Numbered from the stretch's first letter, positions 51,824-63,447 are shown. The stretch is DNA of 64,000 nucleotides from Candidatus Poribacteria bacterium (GCA_965222225.1 CBDCTK010000002.1:96001-160000), one strand, 5' to 3'. The notes: generated by a model from the sequence alone, not told the origin. Made by a program: numbers and translations.

Positions 51824-51975
51824 CCGGAAATCCTGGTGGTTGCCGGGAACTAGCCGGGAACTACTAGAATTATTCACGCAGCAGTGCGTTACGCCGGAAT
51901 CCTAGGCGTCTATGACCTGAGTTTGCGTTCTGAACGTTGGTTACAGTGGAGAATCTCGACAATCTCCCAGATTGT

Positions 51976-54606
51976 CTACTCACGATCGGCAACACTGTAG
52001 TAGATCGCATTAAACAAGAGCTTGAACATTCCGTGCGACTGCGCCCGGTGCTTAGGCTTAAAACCAAAAAGAACAACGTGTCCTTTACCGAGATTGACAT
52101 CCAACGCCGCCCCCTTTTGACGGATGCGTTTTTCTCCTTCTATCCAGCCGCTCATGAGTGGATTAAAATTTGGATAGGAGGCAATAATCTTCCCGCCTCT
52201 CACTTCAAACACCGGACCTGACTTGAAGAATACCGCCATCTCACGATCGAGCCCGTATCCGATGGGATGTGCTGTTTCAATGAAAACCCGCAACAGTGAT
52301 CCTGGGCAGAAGAACGTATCCTTTTTGGATTCATGCGCATTTGCCTGACTTGACTCCTCCAATACATTTATCACTTCCAGTCCGAAATACTTGATTGGAA
52401 GCTCACAGGCGTTGTTCAAGCATACGAGTGTTCCGCCGCTTTCCGCAAAGGTTCGAAGATTTGCCGCGCCTGTGTTTCCAATGCCCCCGACGTATTCCGA
52501 AGGGAGACTTCCTGGGGAATGCCCTTGAATCATCTCAGACGCAGGCATATCGGGCAGAATTATTACGTCATATCGCTCCGCCAATCCCCCGGCTCGAATC
52601 TCGGCATCCGTCAATGTGTGGTAGAGGAACTCATGTTGTTCTAATACCCATCGCGTCCAACCTTCATCCATACTTGCCACCCATGGTTTGTACAACCCAA
52701 GACGAGGTAGCCTTAATGGAATCAAATCATCCTCCGCAGGGATCTGGTCAAGCGCATGAATTTCGAGACCAAGCGAATTGGCAATCTCACCTAGCTCAGG
52801 CACGAATTGACTGGGGATTCTTGAAGTTCGGATTAAGATTGAACCTCTCGGAAACACTTCCCCTCTAAGGGTCAATTTCCGAGTGCACCAAGAAAATATT
52901 TCTGTCCCTCCGCTCTCGCCTTCGACAATCGACCGGTTGAGCAGGCGGTTCACCGCAATCGTCTCCACATTTGTTTGGTTCTTGAATAGAAACGCGACCG
53001 GTTCCGGTACGCTATGCAATATCCCTAGGAGCTTAGGAATTTCTTTGAGGAGTACGGTGTCTGCCTCAAATTGACTGACTACTTCAATGGCATTGACTCC
53101 CATTTGCAGAGGCAATGTCCACCCGGCAATATCATAGGGGCGTTCAGAGGGTGCGTTAGCAGTGGGTCGCCGCCGGGGATACCGTTAAATCTCAAGTAGG
53201 TCTTTGGCGTGTGCGCGAAACGGCTGCGCCATAGAAATGACAAACGTTCCCACTGGATATTCAACCAAATCCGCGGTAAAGCGTGCAGTCGCTTGGTGTA
53301 TCCGTACGCCGCCGCGATGCAAGACTTCGAGCATTTTCCGTGCAGCGTAGGGATCTCGCTGTTTCGACGGTACAAGAAAGGCACGGGGAGGTTCGCCGTG
53401 TCCCTTTTCCACGGCATCTAAGCCCATTTTATAAAAATTCGAGAGCAACAGTTCTCTATGTTTTGAGGCAAACTCAAGAATCGAGTATACTGACGCTTTT
53501 TCATATTCGACGATATCGCGTAGTCGCCACCAGCGGCCGGGCCACGGTTCGGGAAAGTTCGTCTGTTGGGCATATCTATCCAGACCGCGACGATGGCCCT
53601 TCAGCCTGAGACGAGGTTGAAATACGGGTGATGCGACGTTTACGCTCGCCGCCTCCGTCAGTATGCCTACCATATTGTGGCGATATGGTACTGTTCGGAA
53701 TCCGCCGTGCCACCACATATCGTAGACGGCGTTGGAAAGTACCCCGGTGAATTCTTCAGAAGTGAGGTCGAAGGCCAGTTGCGCGCCGATGAGCGAGAGG
53801 GTGCGCTGCAGAATTGCGGGAATGTTCGGATTCACGGGATCGAAATAGGGCGGAATAACGAATCGTGCCCCCTTATTTTTCATTTGATGAAGATCGTATA
53901 CCACCTGCGGGTACGACTCTTTGTAGAGAATGTCAGTAACAATTTGCGATTCAACTTGCGTTAGCATAAACCAGTCTCGATTGTTGTCATGTCCCGTGTA
54001 CTTGTGGTATAGCCAAGGCATCGGCGAACCTTCATAGGGTGTGCCAACCCACTGATTGTACCAATCAATCACCATATTCAATCCATCAGGGTTCGTGGAA
54101 GGGATGAGCAAGATGATGACATTCTCCAGAATCTCAGCAACCCGCTCCGAGTTTCTAGTGGCAAGTTCGTGACCCAACTCTAGCGACATTTGTGATGAGG
54201 CAACCTCTGTGGAGTGTAGGTTGCAGTTAATCAATACGATGAATTTCCCTTCCCTGGAAAATCTTTCTAATTCAGATCGGTCAAATTGGTCCGGATGGGC
54301 AAGGCTACGCTGGTAATCTTTATATCTTTCAAGATGTGCCAGATTATCGGGTGAGGATATTACGATCAATGCAAAGTCGAGCCCTTCTGTAGTATTCCCG
54401 CGTATTTGCAACTCCACACGATTGGAGTTTTCCGCCAAGTGGTGGAAATAATCTAATATCGTTTCCCACCGCGCAAGTTTGAAATCTGCGCCGACGGGAA
54501 AACCAATCGAATCTTCTGGCGTAACAATCTGGGCGCGTGCGATGACGACTGGCAGGAAAAAACCTATCATGAAAATAAACAAACGAAAATATCGGGGTTT
54601 CAACAT
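51976..54606 (-). pseudogene. Secreted M14 zinc carboxypeptidase with C-terminal GATase-like domain, interrupted by one in-frame TAA
   Basis: HSTE, NPDG, DNNRD, DLHQM. TAA at 53185-53187 in DLLEI*RYP, and the frame continues into ORF 51976-53115. Confidence 0.85.
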
Positions 54607-55021
54607 AATCTCTCTAAATGTTGACGCATTTGGACGGTGCAAAGGATATTCGATTAAAGTTCAAAGGTAATTTTCTCAGAACGAGAAGGCTCCACTCCTA
54701 AGAAAGTTGCGAGACACGATGTGGCAACCGGGTTTGAGTGGCCGGTTTTATCGCACATGGAGCGGTAGCGAACGCCTCGACACGGATATTGAGTATAGCG
54801 CATGCTAATAGTATTGTCAATATCGGATACTAATGTTCGCTTGACAGGATCTTTACGCCTCTGTTATGATAAATCGTTGGCGTTCAGTAGGATTGATAAT
54901 CGGAAAGTTGGAAATGTGTCGTCATTGGGGTAATGTAGAAAAGGGGCTGGATAACCGGGCGTACAAACCGTGTTGGCTAGTTACCTATCAGGTCTGTCGG
55001 GTTTCGCCTTGTGGAAGAGAT

Positions 55022-56851
55022 ATGGTTCGGTGGAAGTTAGTTGTAGGGATCCTCGGGCTGTTAGCCGTCTCGTTACAAGCGAATGCGCAGTCTGCGTTAA
55101 GTCATACTTCGGGGAATGTCGCGGTTGCAGTTACGGATTTCGGATCATTGGGAGCAGTTAGGGAAAGCGCCATCGCACCCAACTTTAGATTCCCCAAATC
55201 TGACGGTAGGTATTACCTGTATGAACGATCGGAGATTTGGGTTGGCGATCGAAACGGAAATGTTGCAAACACTTGGGAGTGGGATGCCAAAGAAGAACAG
55301 TGGTTGTTAGACGAATGGAGACCCACCACAGAAGGACGGATTGCCGGGCACGTAGAACGCGACGGACGACAGATTATCACGGCACAATATGCTCCGTCGG
55401 GAGCAACGGATTTTCCACTAGATCTTTTGGTCAATCAAACCAGTTTTTCATGGCGAGGAAGCGAGGCACCCGGTACGGAAGAGTTTGTCATTATTAGGCT
55501 TACAGTAGTAAATGAGGGGGACAGCGACCATGATGGAATTTATGTGGCGCTCATGGCAGATTGGGATGTCGATGCGCCAGTGGATGAACTGGACGAGCCA
55601 AGCCTTGATCGCGTTGAATGGGATGAAGATCGCCGAACGCTTTTCGCTTATGATGCCGATGAGTCAGACGGGATAAATTCGGTTCATGCCGGCTTGGCTT
55701 TGCTCGACGGAGAATTGAGCACCCACCGAATTGTTCTCTTTGATGTAGGCAATTTTACTGATGCCGCGAAATCGCGTTTCATGAGCGATCAATCTTTGAA
55801 TCAAGAAACCGGCGAAGCTTTGCCGCCTCAGGACTACGTGTCGGTCCTTGTCGCTGGCCCCTATAATCTGGAAGCCCGAGGTTCGTTTTCGGTGACTTTC
55901 GCACTACTTGTTGGAGAGGCACTAGCAGCTCTCCAGGAAAATATCAATGTGGCGAAAAGAATGAGTTACACTCCGCAGCGGCTTGCTGCAGAAACGCTAG
56001 GCGAGTCTATTGAATTGGCATGGGAACGACCAATTAATTCGAGCGTTGGGGGCTATATTGTGTTTAGGCGTCATGCGGACACAAATCAGTTCGAAAGGTT
56101 AACCGAGAACCCTTTCGATCTTCCCAATTTCACGGATACACAGATTGAATTCGGATCGCAGTATGCCTACTTTGTTCGGCCAGTTGGCTCGGACGGGCAT
56201 CCACTTCCGTTTGATTCAAGAGAAGTGAGTATAACTCCGAGTCTTGCTCCAACCCCTCCGGATGACGTGACGGCGATTCTTGAGGAAAATAAAGTGTTCG
56301 TTAGTTGGAAGAAATCCTCGGAACCGGCTATACCGGCTATAGTAGGGTATCTCATTTATCGTAACCACACGGGGCGGGAACCGTGGACACAAATAAAGGT
56401 TGTTTCTTCAGACAGCGCCAACTATGTCGACTTAGACGTGTATCCGGGGCTGTCCTATTTCTATTCTATCACGGCGATGAATTCGTCTGGAAAGCAAAGC
56501 GAGTTTTCAATGGCGGCGAACGTTGTGGTTCCGGGTGACCCGTTAGACCAACTGAGATCCAACCTTGAGAATGTCATTGTTGTTCCCAATCCATACCGAA
56601 TCGAAGCTAACGGCAATCCGATTGAATTTCGCAATTTAACTCGTCACGCAACAATTCGCATCTTTAGTAGCGTCGGCGATCTCATCAAGACAATTGAACA
56701 TCATAGTGAAACGCCGACCAAGACATGGGATGGGCGCACAACAGACGGCAGTCTACTCGCGGACGGGGTCTATATCTATCACGTTGAATCACCGAGGGAA
56801 ACTGGTCGGGGACTGACAACTGTTAGCGGCAAATTTGCAGTCATTCGGTGA
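55022..56851 (+). CDS. Secreted protein with two FN3 domains and a T9SS-CTD/FlgD-Ig-like tail
   Basis: Signal ANA-Q; FN3 W...GY..YR...Y.Y patterns; VVPNPY...IRIFSSVGDLIKTI...WDG...GVYIY. Confidence 0.8.
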   Translation: MVRWKLVVGILGLLAVSLQANAQSALSHTSGNVAVAVTDFGSLGAVRESAIAPNFRFPKSDGRYYLYERSEIWVGDRNGNVANTWEWDAKEEQWLLDEWRPTTEGRIAGHVERDGRQIITAQYAPSGATDFPLDLLVNQTSFSWRGSEAPGTEEFVIIRLTVVNEGDSDHDGIYVALMADWDVDAPVDELDEPSLDRVEWDEDRRTLFAYDADESDGINSVHAGLALLDGELSTHRIVLFDVGNFTDAAKSRFMSDQSLNQETGEALPPQDYVSVLVAGPYNLEARGSFSVTFALLVGEALAALQENINVAKRMSYTPQRLAAETLGESIELAWERPINSSVGGYIVFRRHADTNQFERLTENPFDLPNFTDTQIEFGSQYAYFVRPVGSDGHPLPFDSREVSITPSLAPTPPDDVTAILEENKVFVSWKKSSEPAIPAIVGYLIYRNHTGREPWTQIKVVSSDSANYVDLDVYPGLSYFYSITAMNSSGKQSEFSMAANVVVPGDPLDQLRSNLENVIVVPNPYRIEANGNPIEFRNLTRHATIRIFSSVGDLIKTIEHHSETPTKTWDGRTTDGSLLADGVYIYHVESPRETGRGLTTVSGKFAVIR

Positions 56852-56925
56852 GACATATAATGCTACCGGACTACAGGTTGCCGTATCAATCTTACCCGAG
56901 CGCCAAAAGTAAGTTATATTCAACT

Positions 56926-56965
56926 AATGACCGAAATCTCTTCGGAGAATTTTCGTCATTATTTC
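56926..56965 (+). terminator. Hairpin with UUCG loop after the FN3 gene
   Basis: AATGAC..GAAATCTC-TTCG-GAGAATTTTCGTCATT-ATTT. Confidence 0.45.
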
Positions 56966-57153
56966 CTTGACAGAGTTCCGATTATTTTGTAAACTGTTAT
57001 TCCGGTCAAAAAACGTTGCCCTACCAAGGTGACGAAGGTTGGGAATTTTACTTTATAGGCGTCCCGTTGTGAGCAAAATTCAAGGCAGACTAGGACCGGA
57101 ATATAAAATTCACCGAATGATATCACGTCATCACAGAGGAGAACAGAACGAGC

Positions 57154-58359
57154 ATGAAGAAGTTGTTGATGATACCGCTGCTTTTGATATTGGTTTCAGC
57201 CTCCGGATGCGAACAGAAGCAGATAATCACCCAATTGGATGTCGGTGCGAAGAAGCTCTTGGGTGCAGGTCTGGTTATAGAAGCGGTTAAAAACCTGAAA
57301 CGAGCCGAAATCGAAGAGAAAAATAGGGCTAAGCCGCGGGCTTTGTTAGCAATTGCCTATGCGCATGGGATTTCCACTGGGATGGCGCGTATCCAGTCGC
57401 CGGAATTGGAAGCCGAGTATAAGAGGGAAAAAGATCTTAGGGTCGCGGCACTGAATGAAGCGGAGATGAAGGTAATCTTCCAGGTTTTGGATGAGCGGCA
57501 TCGCGTTCAGAAGGATGCGAAGCAGATATTGATTGACAAGGGAGTTGACGTTGTTCCCCTAATTCTTGATAACCTGAAAAAGGGGCGCTACTTGAATGTC
57601 CAGACCGATTTCGTGGAGATGTTGAAGGAGATTGGGCCAAAAGCGGTGCCTCAAATTCTTGTCGCGATTGGCGACGCCGATACACCGATAAATGTGAATG
57701 CCAAGCTCGTCAGGTTGACCGGGGATATTGGCGACCCAAGTGCAAGCGTCAAGTTAGAATCAATCCGGAGCAGTAGTCCAAGCTCGGGACTGAAAATGGA
57801 GATTATTACCACCCTCTATCGACTTGGGAAGAAAGAGTACCGAGAAGAGATTATAGCGGGATTACGCGCTAGCGATGTTCGGGAACGCCGTGCGGCGGCA
57901 TGGGCTATGCGGTATCTCAACGACTCGCCAACTGCCGATATTGTCGACGCGCTCAAGGATTCTGACGGCAGGGTGCTCCAATATCTTGTCAAGGCACTTG
58001 CGTTACATCCTGCGGAGATTGCGGTTCGTCCCTTGGTCAATTTACTAAAGGGCGATTCCGACAAAAACGTGAAAAACGTTGCCGTCGTTGCTCTCGCGGC
58101 TCATGCCGAAAGTGGCATTGGAAAAGGGTTAGTAGTCCTTCTGATTGACGCCCTGAAATCGGGTGAGGTAATAGATCCGGAAGATCGCCTACGACTGGTA
58201 CAACTCTTGAAGAAAAAGGCTCTCCAGAAACAGATTAAGATGTCTCCGGAAGATATGAATCTCGAATGGAAGATTTGGGAGTACCGAAAATCGGTGGAGC
58301 AGAGCGACATGGTTAAGGATGAGCTTGATTATTTGCTGCAGGAGTTGGAATCAAAATGA
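57154..58359 (+). CDS. HEAT-repeat lipoprotein
   Basis: MKK...ASGC lipobox; HEAT/PBS-like repeats (RRAAAWAM, AVRPLVNLL). Confidence 0.8.
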   Translation: MKKLLMIPLLLILVSASGCEQKQIITQLDVGAKKLLGAGLVIEAVKNLKRAEIEEKNRAKPRALLAIAYAHGISTGMARIQSPELEAEYKREKDLRVAALNEAEMKVIFQVLDERHRVQKDAKQILIDKGVDVVPLILDNLKKGRYLNVQTDFVEMLKEIGPKAVPQILVAIGDADTPINVNAKLVRLTGDIGDPSASVKLESIRSSSPSSGLKMEIITTLYRLGKKEYREEIIAGLRASDVRERRAAAWAMRYLNDSPTADIVDALKDSDGRVLQYLVKALALHPAEIAVRPLVNLLKGDSDKNVKNVAVVALAAHAESGIGKGLVVLLIDALKSGEVIDPEDRLRLVQLLKKKALQKQIKMSPEDMNLEWKIWEYRKSVEQSDMVKDELDYLLQELESK

Positions 58360-58486
58360 AATAGAAGGAAATCAGATTCAGTTTGTGACTTGGTAGAAAG
58401 AGCGTACCTAACTTAGTTTTTGCTGATACCAACTTCCCCAGATAGCATCGACTTCACATCGTTTTTTCCCTTGCATCTCACGTAAC

Positions 58487-59236
58487 CTACCAGTTATGAA
58501 TCACATACAGCGGGTCTGAGTTTGGCGCTAATCGGATAGTGGCAGACTCTGCACTTGGCAAAAGTTCGTTCCGCAAGGCATTTCCCAAGTCGGGATCGAC
58601 ACGTAGTCCTGCCAAACTCCAGCGCAAATTTACGCTGTCTTCCATAAGGACGTTGGCGTGTTCGGCAAGAAGTGAAACCCGCTGCAATCCGTCGTTTCTT
58701 CTCGTCAAGCTCAATTCAGATACAACAAAATAGATGGTTTGGAACACATCCCGCATTTCTGCCTTCCACGGGTGTGTGCTCTTGCCGTTTCCGCTGTTGC
58801 ACTCTTGTCTGACACGCCTACCGAAGCGCATCAGTTTCAGATTGCCAAGGAAATGATCCGTCTCATACATGTTCGGGCGGGGAAGCCCGCCGTAGATAAT
58901 AATTCCGCTAACATCGCATTCGTTAATAGCATGAGTGACTGCCAACTGGCCGTCTGTGTAATCCTTGTCTATCTTGCCTACCCACTTGCTGACGGTCTGC
59001 ATGGTCGATGCAGCAAACCTGTCCGTGAAACATTCACAAGAGTCAAGGTCACCAATTAGAATGTTCGGTGAGTACCGTTCGCCGAGAGATTGATTGAGTT
59101 CGTGAAACAATCTTATCCCTCCATCCGCGCAAATCAAGGGATAGTCATGATTTATTCCCCATTCGATTTCCGCTTTATAGAATTCCGGGTAACGGAGGTC
59201 GTAATATCCGTTGAGAAAAATAAGTGCTAAGTTCAT
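58487..59236 (-). CDS. thiN: Thiamine pyrophosphokinase-like protein
   Basis: CADGG, GDLDS, KDYTDGQLA, DHFLGNL. Confidence 0.75.
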   Translation of the reverse strand: MNLALIFLNGYYDLRYPEFYKAEIEWGINHDYPLICADGGIRLFHELNQSLGERYSPNILIGDLDSCECFTDRFAASTMQTVSKWVGKIDKDYTDGQLAVTHAINECDVSGIIIYGGLPRPNMYETDHFLGNLKLMRFGRRVRQECNSGNGKSTHPWKAEMRDVFQTIYFVVSELSLTRRNDGLQRVSLLAEHANVLMEDSVNLRWSLAGLRVDPDLGNALRNELLPSAESATIRLAPNSDPLYVIHNW

Positions 59237-59265
59237 AGGACATGCATGCGAAGCTGAATAGCGTA

Positions 59266-60210
59266 CTAAATTGTTAATGTCGATACGTCCTCTATTGGAA
59301 ATACCGCATTATAGGACCGAATCTGCTCTGCTGGATGATAGGACAACTTGACTCGTTTCAGATTCTCCAAACCCGAATCATCCATTGCGTCAATGAATGG
59401 ATAAGTCGCCTTTCTTCGGCAGAATTCCCTGAATAGAAATTGTGCAATTCCCTTCAAGCGCGTGTCCGTTATTTCAAAAATAATACAATATACCCTGTTG
59501 TTAAGAGGATAACCGAAGCTGTAGCCCTTCAATTTTCCTTCAATTCGAACGACAATTCCCTCTAGACCGAGTTCTCCGGCATTCAAGAGCCCCACGTGGT
59601 GGGCATGTTCGGAGTCTTCCAGCATGTATTGATAAAAGGGATCGTACGACGTTTTCCGCCGATCCTGTCGCCACAACTCATACAATTCGAGACAATCAGA
59701 ATAATCTTCGAGTTGGTATGGCGCTAAGGTCACATCTGGTTGATTTCGTATGAAAGTGTTGTAGGCTCCTCGCTTGCTTTTGTAGCGAGTTCCTTTTAGT
59801 TGAACTAGTAAATCTGTTGAATAGAGATATTCGGTCTCCTTTTTGAAAACTTGAAATCCCAGGTCTCGGAGAAAAGGTTGTAACGCTTCCGGCACGTTCT
59901 CAATACGTGCAATTGACTTAGCCCGATTAGTCTCAAGCATGAACAGATACGATTCGCAGATTGCTTTCATACTTGGTGACTTGCCTAGCGGCATAATCGG
60001 CATGAAATAATCGCCATTCTGACAAGCGAAAACGCATAATTGATTGTCGACAATAGTCCAATAAAATTGAAATAACTCTCGCCAGACATAGATTGGCACA
60101 AATGCATAGGTTGAAAGTTCCCAAGAAGTCTTTCGCGCGTAATAATCAAAAAGCGATTTATCCCCTAATGTTAGCGGTTGTAGCATTGTTAGCTCGTGCA
60201 ATAATCGCAT
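59266..60210 (-). CDS. DUF2156 / aminoacyl-tRNA-dependent transferase-like protein
   Basis: EYLY...L..LKG.RYKSKR..N.F; FE...KGIAQFL; D.GLENLKRVKLSYHP. Confidence 0.8.
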   Translation of the reverse strand: MRLLHELTMLQPLTLGDKSLFDYYARKTSWELSTYAFVPIYVWRELFQFYWTIVDNQLCVFACQNGDYFMPIMPLGKSPSMKAICESYLFMLETNRAKSIARIENVPEALQPFLRDLGFQVFKKETEYLYSTDLLVQLKGTRYKSKRGAYNTFIRNQPDVTLAPYQLEDYSDCLELYELWRQDRRKTSYDPFYQYMLEDSEHAHHVGLLNAGELGLEGIVVRIEGKLKGYSFGYPLNNRVYCIIFEITDTRLKGIAQFLFREFCRRKATYPFIDAMDDSGLENLKRVKLSYHPAEQIRSYNAVFPIEDVSTLTI

Positions 60211-60770
60211 TATACCCTACGCTTTGCGTTGTCCGGTGCCCGACCGAGTTTTCGGAGAGCCGCCACTATTGTTACGGTTTCCTGATACGGGCCAACCAGA
60301 GCCCAGTTATCAGTAATGACTTTGGTGGTCAGTTCCGACTCCACATAGGCTAGGATGTAATTGACATACTGTTGGAAGGACTCTGTTTCAATTTCAGCCT
60401 CTGCGAAGGGGCAGATCGTATCCACACCTAGGACAATCTCTGTTTCATCCTCATTGTACATTAACGCAAAGGGGTAAATCCGGCAATCCAATGGGCGGTT
60501 CGTATAGATTCGGCATTCGCTTGAGTTAGGGTCAAAAAATGGGCAGATGTATATTTCGCCGCAAGATTGCAGTTTTACCCGCGCACTGCGGCCGTCTGCC
60601 ATTTGATGAAACAGATTTCTGTCTGACTCATTGTTGGTTGCGCGTTGAACCTCAGAATCAGTGAAGATTGGCGCAAGGAAGCTGTCGCGATCAGGAAATC
60701 GACAGCAAACATCGCACGATAGACAGGTTTTGCTCGGTACAATCTGTTGGAGTTCCAATAATTTTTGCAT
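60210..60770 (-). CDS. YkgJ-family cysteine-cluster protein
   Basis: CLSCDVCC...CPFF...CRIY..RP.DCRIYPF...C. Confidence 0.85.
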   Translation of the reverse strand: MQKLLELQQIVPSKTCLSCDVCCRFPDRDSFLAPIFTDSEVQRATNNESDRNLFHQMADGRSARVKLQSCGEIYICPFFDPNSSECRIYTNRPLDCRIYPFALMYNEDETEIVLGVDTICPFAEAEIETESFQQYVNYILAYVESELTTKVITDNWALVGPYQETVTIVAALRKLGRAPDNAKRRV

Positions 60771-60777
60771 TGACAAT

Positions 60778-61998
60778 TCAGGGCAAAGAAAAATCTCTCT
60801 CTGTCCACTCCTCCGGATCAACGGCGATGCCGTTCACGACCATTCCCCAGTGGAGGTGAGAGCCTGTAACTTGACCGGTTGCTCCCATCAATCCAATGAG
60901 TTGGCCTTTCTCGACTTGCTCTTCGGCAGCTACGTGAATCTTGCTGAGATGGTTGTAACTCGACGATACACCCTGGCCGTGATTGATGACCACTGATTTG
61001 CCGTAGAGATGCAGCCTACCGGCAAGAGTGACAATCCCACTATTGCCCGCATAGATCGGCGTACCCAGCGAATTGGCAATGTCTATACCCAGATGATGGC
61101 GACGGACGCCGGTGTTGTATTCGCGGTATTTTCCGAAACTTGATGTAAGCCGCCCTTTGGCAGGTTTAACAAATTTTCCGTTCCAGAGCTGGGTGTCGAC
61201 CTTTGTTGATTGTGTGTACGCCTTGCCGCGTTTGGCATTGTCTGACTGGCTTTTGGCTTTGTTCATCATGGCCCTGCGTTTTGCTGGCGAGAGCGTAATG
61301 TAACCGCCGCGTTGAAACATCGTGCGCTTGACTTTGAGTCGGAAAACTTCCTCTACAGTGTTGCCGACGAGATCGACAACCCTTAGGGCGAGTGGGTAGG
61401 TTTTCGCGGGGTGAGTTACGCTGATGCCGATTAAACCGCGAAAATATGTGTCCGACACGACTGGATAACAAGTGAAGTTCCAGCCAAAGAGCTTACCTTC
61501 CACTTGTGCTGCCGGTTCATCTATTTGGATGAAAAGCGGGAGCGTCCTTCCTTGTCCAACACGAAGGGATTCAGGTGGAACATTTATCTGTGGTGACGTA
61601 TTGTCAACAAGGAATTCGAAACTTTGTTGAGACTTGTTTCTGAATATAGATTTATCTGCCGCGACTATTGAAACGACGTGGCTGCCATCGGCGAGTGGGG
61701 TTGTATCAATTGCCCGTGATGTGCGTCCCGCTTCGATTTCGTTGAGTGCAAGCGGTTGCGGAGAATCATCAAGCATTAAGCTGAGCGAAGCCAAACCCGA
61801 TCCCGTATCCGTGACGGAGATATTCAGCGTGACGCGCCCGCGATAGGTTTTCCCCGTTTCAATCCCGTTTATTTCGAGATTTGGTGGCGCGAGGTCGAGC
61901 AAAATGGGAACAGCGAGTAATCCCAATGCGACGATTACGATGCCAATGGGGACTATGCACCAACGCCAACGTTTGGTGATTGTCTGCAAAAATGTCAT
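60778..61998 (-). CDS. M23 metallopeptidase with N-terminal TM and Ig-like domain
   Basis: HLGID, YNHLS, TGSHLHW. Confidence 0.9.
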   Translation of the reverse strand: MTFLQTITKRWRWCIVPIGIVIVALGLLAVPILLDLAPPNLEINGIETGKTYRGRVTLNISVTDTGSGLASLSLMLDDSPQPLALNEIEAGRTSRAIDTTPLADGSHVVSIVAADKSIFRNKSQQSFEFLVDNTSPQINVPPESLRVGQGRTLPLFIQIDEPAAQVEGKLFGWNFTCYPVVSDTYFRGLIGISVTHPAKTYPLALRVVDLVGNTVEEVFRLKVKRTMFQRGGYITLSPAKRRAMMNKAKSQSDNAKRGKAYTQSTKVDTQLWNGKFVKPAKGRLTSSFGKYREYNTGVRRHHLGIDIANSLGTPIYAGNSGIVTLAGRLHLYGKSVVINHGQGVSSSYNHLSKIHVAAEEQVEKGQLIGLMGATGQVTGSHLHWGMVVNGIAVDPEEWTERDFSLP

Positions 61999-62275
61999 AA
62001 GGCTATTTTTTCTTGTCTTAATGGCATTCCAGCTTAAATTATACCAGATGGGTTCGAGTATTGACAGGGTTTGATCTCTACTAACGCACATTCCGGGTGG
62101 CTAACCCCCAACTATGTGGATTTGCGTTACCCCTATCTTCATGAAAAAACCGGAGAACTCGTGCGACTGTACGGCGGTGCCATTAATCTGATGATTTGGG
62201 TGCTGTTTATGCAGTTATGCCAAAACTTGGAAGTGCGCTAGGTGCAGCGTATCACCACGCAGCTAAGGATTCCGC

Positions 62276-62303
62276 TTGACAGGATCACGACGATGGGTAT
62301 AAT
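62276..62303 (+). promoter_or_regulatory. Consensus sigma70 promoter
   Basis: TTGACA-N16-TATAAT. Confidence 0.65.
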
Positions 62304-62510
62304 TTCGCCTATTGCAATTACGCATTGCAATTCATAATAACGCTGGGCACTCATCTCAATTCTTAGTGTTTTTCCTCTCTCCGTGGTTGAGTGACACGAA
62401 TTGTTTGAATGTTGGTTCTTCATGCTTATTGCCTGCGCACGGCGGAGCGCGTGTAGATGGTCAGTCATTTGATAATAGGCTTGTTCGGTGTACGAGGTAA
62501 TTTTAGTTCT

Positions 62511-63398
62511 ATGTCCAAAGCACGACAGTCAATTGATTTTTTCGAAGGTATTACTGATGGGGCCGTTAAGTCGAGGATGCTTAATATGAATTCGGAATTG
62601 GTAGCATCCAAACTAACAGGTGCGGTTGGTTCAGGCCTTTACAAGATTATAGGTAAGCATTGGCCCGGTTGTTATGATCCGAGGCAGGGCGACGGTACTG
62701 TCTTGCTCAACCACATTCTGAAATTCAAAACGTTCGGTGAGATTTGCCCACAAGGAACACAACTGCGGCAAGAATACCAATTTCGCTTAGTAGCAACCCG
62801 ACACGATGACGGACGATTAAAACGTGGTCATGTAGTTATGAACTGCAAATTATTCAACAAAGAGATTGAAACACAGCCTTTGGTGGCTCATGTTGAATAC
62901 TGGATGGCTTTAAGTCGTCTACTCGCACCAAGAGGAGAACGAGTACCAAAGGATGTGCCGGCAGAAATCGAATTCTTGAAAGAGCGTGTGCCAACCGAGA
63001 GCGATCTTATCAGCCGAGATACCGAGTCATACCGATGTTGTGTGCCCGACAAAGGGAAAATCTTCCAAGATACTGTACCCCACGCATTCCACATTGACCG
63101 TTCAGATCAGTTTCTTCATATCAACACGTTGGTTTATATGGATCAATCCTTAGACCATCTGGCTCTGCTTTACCAAAAAGCGGGGAGTGATCCCGGGCAT
63201 CTCCGATTCCGCGAACTCACTATCTATTTCCGAAAGCCTTTTGTGCCGGGGCAGGCGGCGGAAGTCGAAGTAGACGTTGCCGAGCAAGCAAACCAGTTTC
63301 AAGGTGCCGTGCGGTTCTACCACGCAGATAAGAAGAGAGGACGTAGCGAACGAATTTCCACGGCTATATTGGTGCGAGGTCCGCTTGTTCAAGGGTGA
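62511..63398 (+). CDS. Double hot-dog fold, acyl-ACP thioesterase-like protein
   Basis: DQFLHINTLVY resembles the D.NxHVNN.xY motif; IYFRKPFVPGQ. Confidence 0.55.
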   Translation: MSKARQSIDFFEGITDGAVKSRMLNMNSELVASKLTGAVGSGLYKIIGKHWPGCYDPRQGDGTVLLNHILKFKTFGEICPQGTQLRQEYQFRLVATRHDDGRLKRGHVVMNCKLFNKEIETQPLVAHVEYWMALSRLLAPRGERVPKDVPAEIEFLKERVPTESDLISRDTESYRCCVPDKGKIFQDTVPHAFHIDRSDQFLHINTLVYMDQSLDHLALLYQKAGSDPGHLRFRELTIYFRKPFVPGQAAEVEVDVAEQANQFQGAVRFYHADKKRGRSERISTAILVRGPLVQG

Positions 63399-63447
63399 AA
63401 TCAGTCAATAGCCGCTAGGAATGAGAACGAGTCTGTACACAGCCATT

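Noticed and set aside
7515-53187. TAA/TAG reassignment to Gln suggested by stops at Gln positions
   Set aside because: Conserved genes (asd, aspC, secD, secF) end normally at TAA/TAG, and most affected genes have other lesions; C->T mutation explains it.
54683-54741. Possible IS200/IS605 end remnant (CCACTC...GAGTGG)
   Set aside because: Weak resemblance, with no TnpA/TnpB trace or terminal motif.
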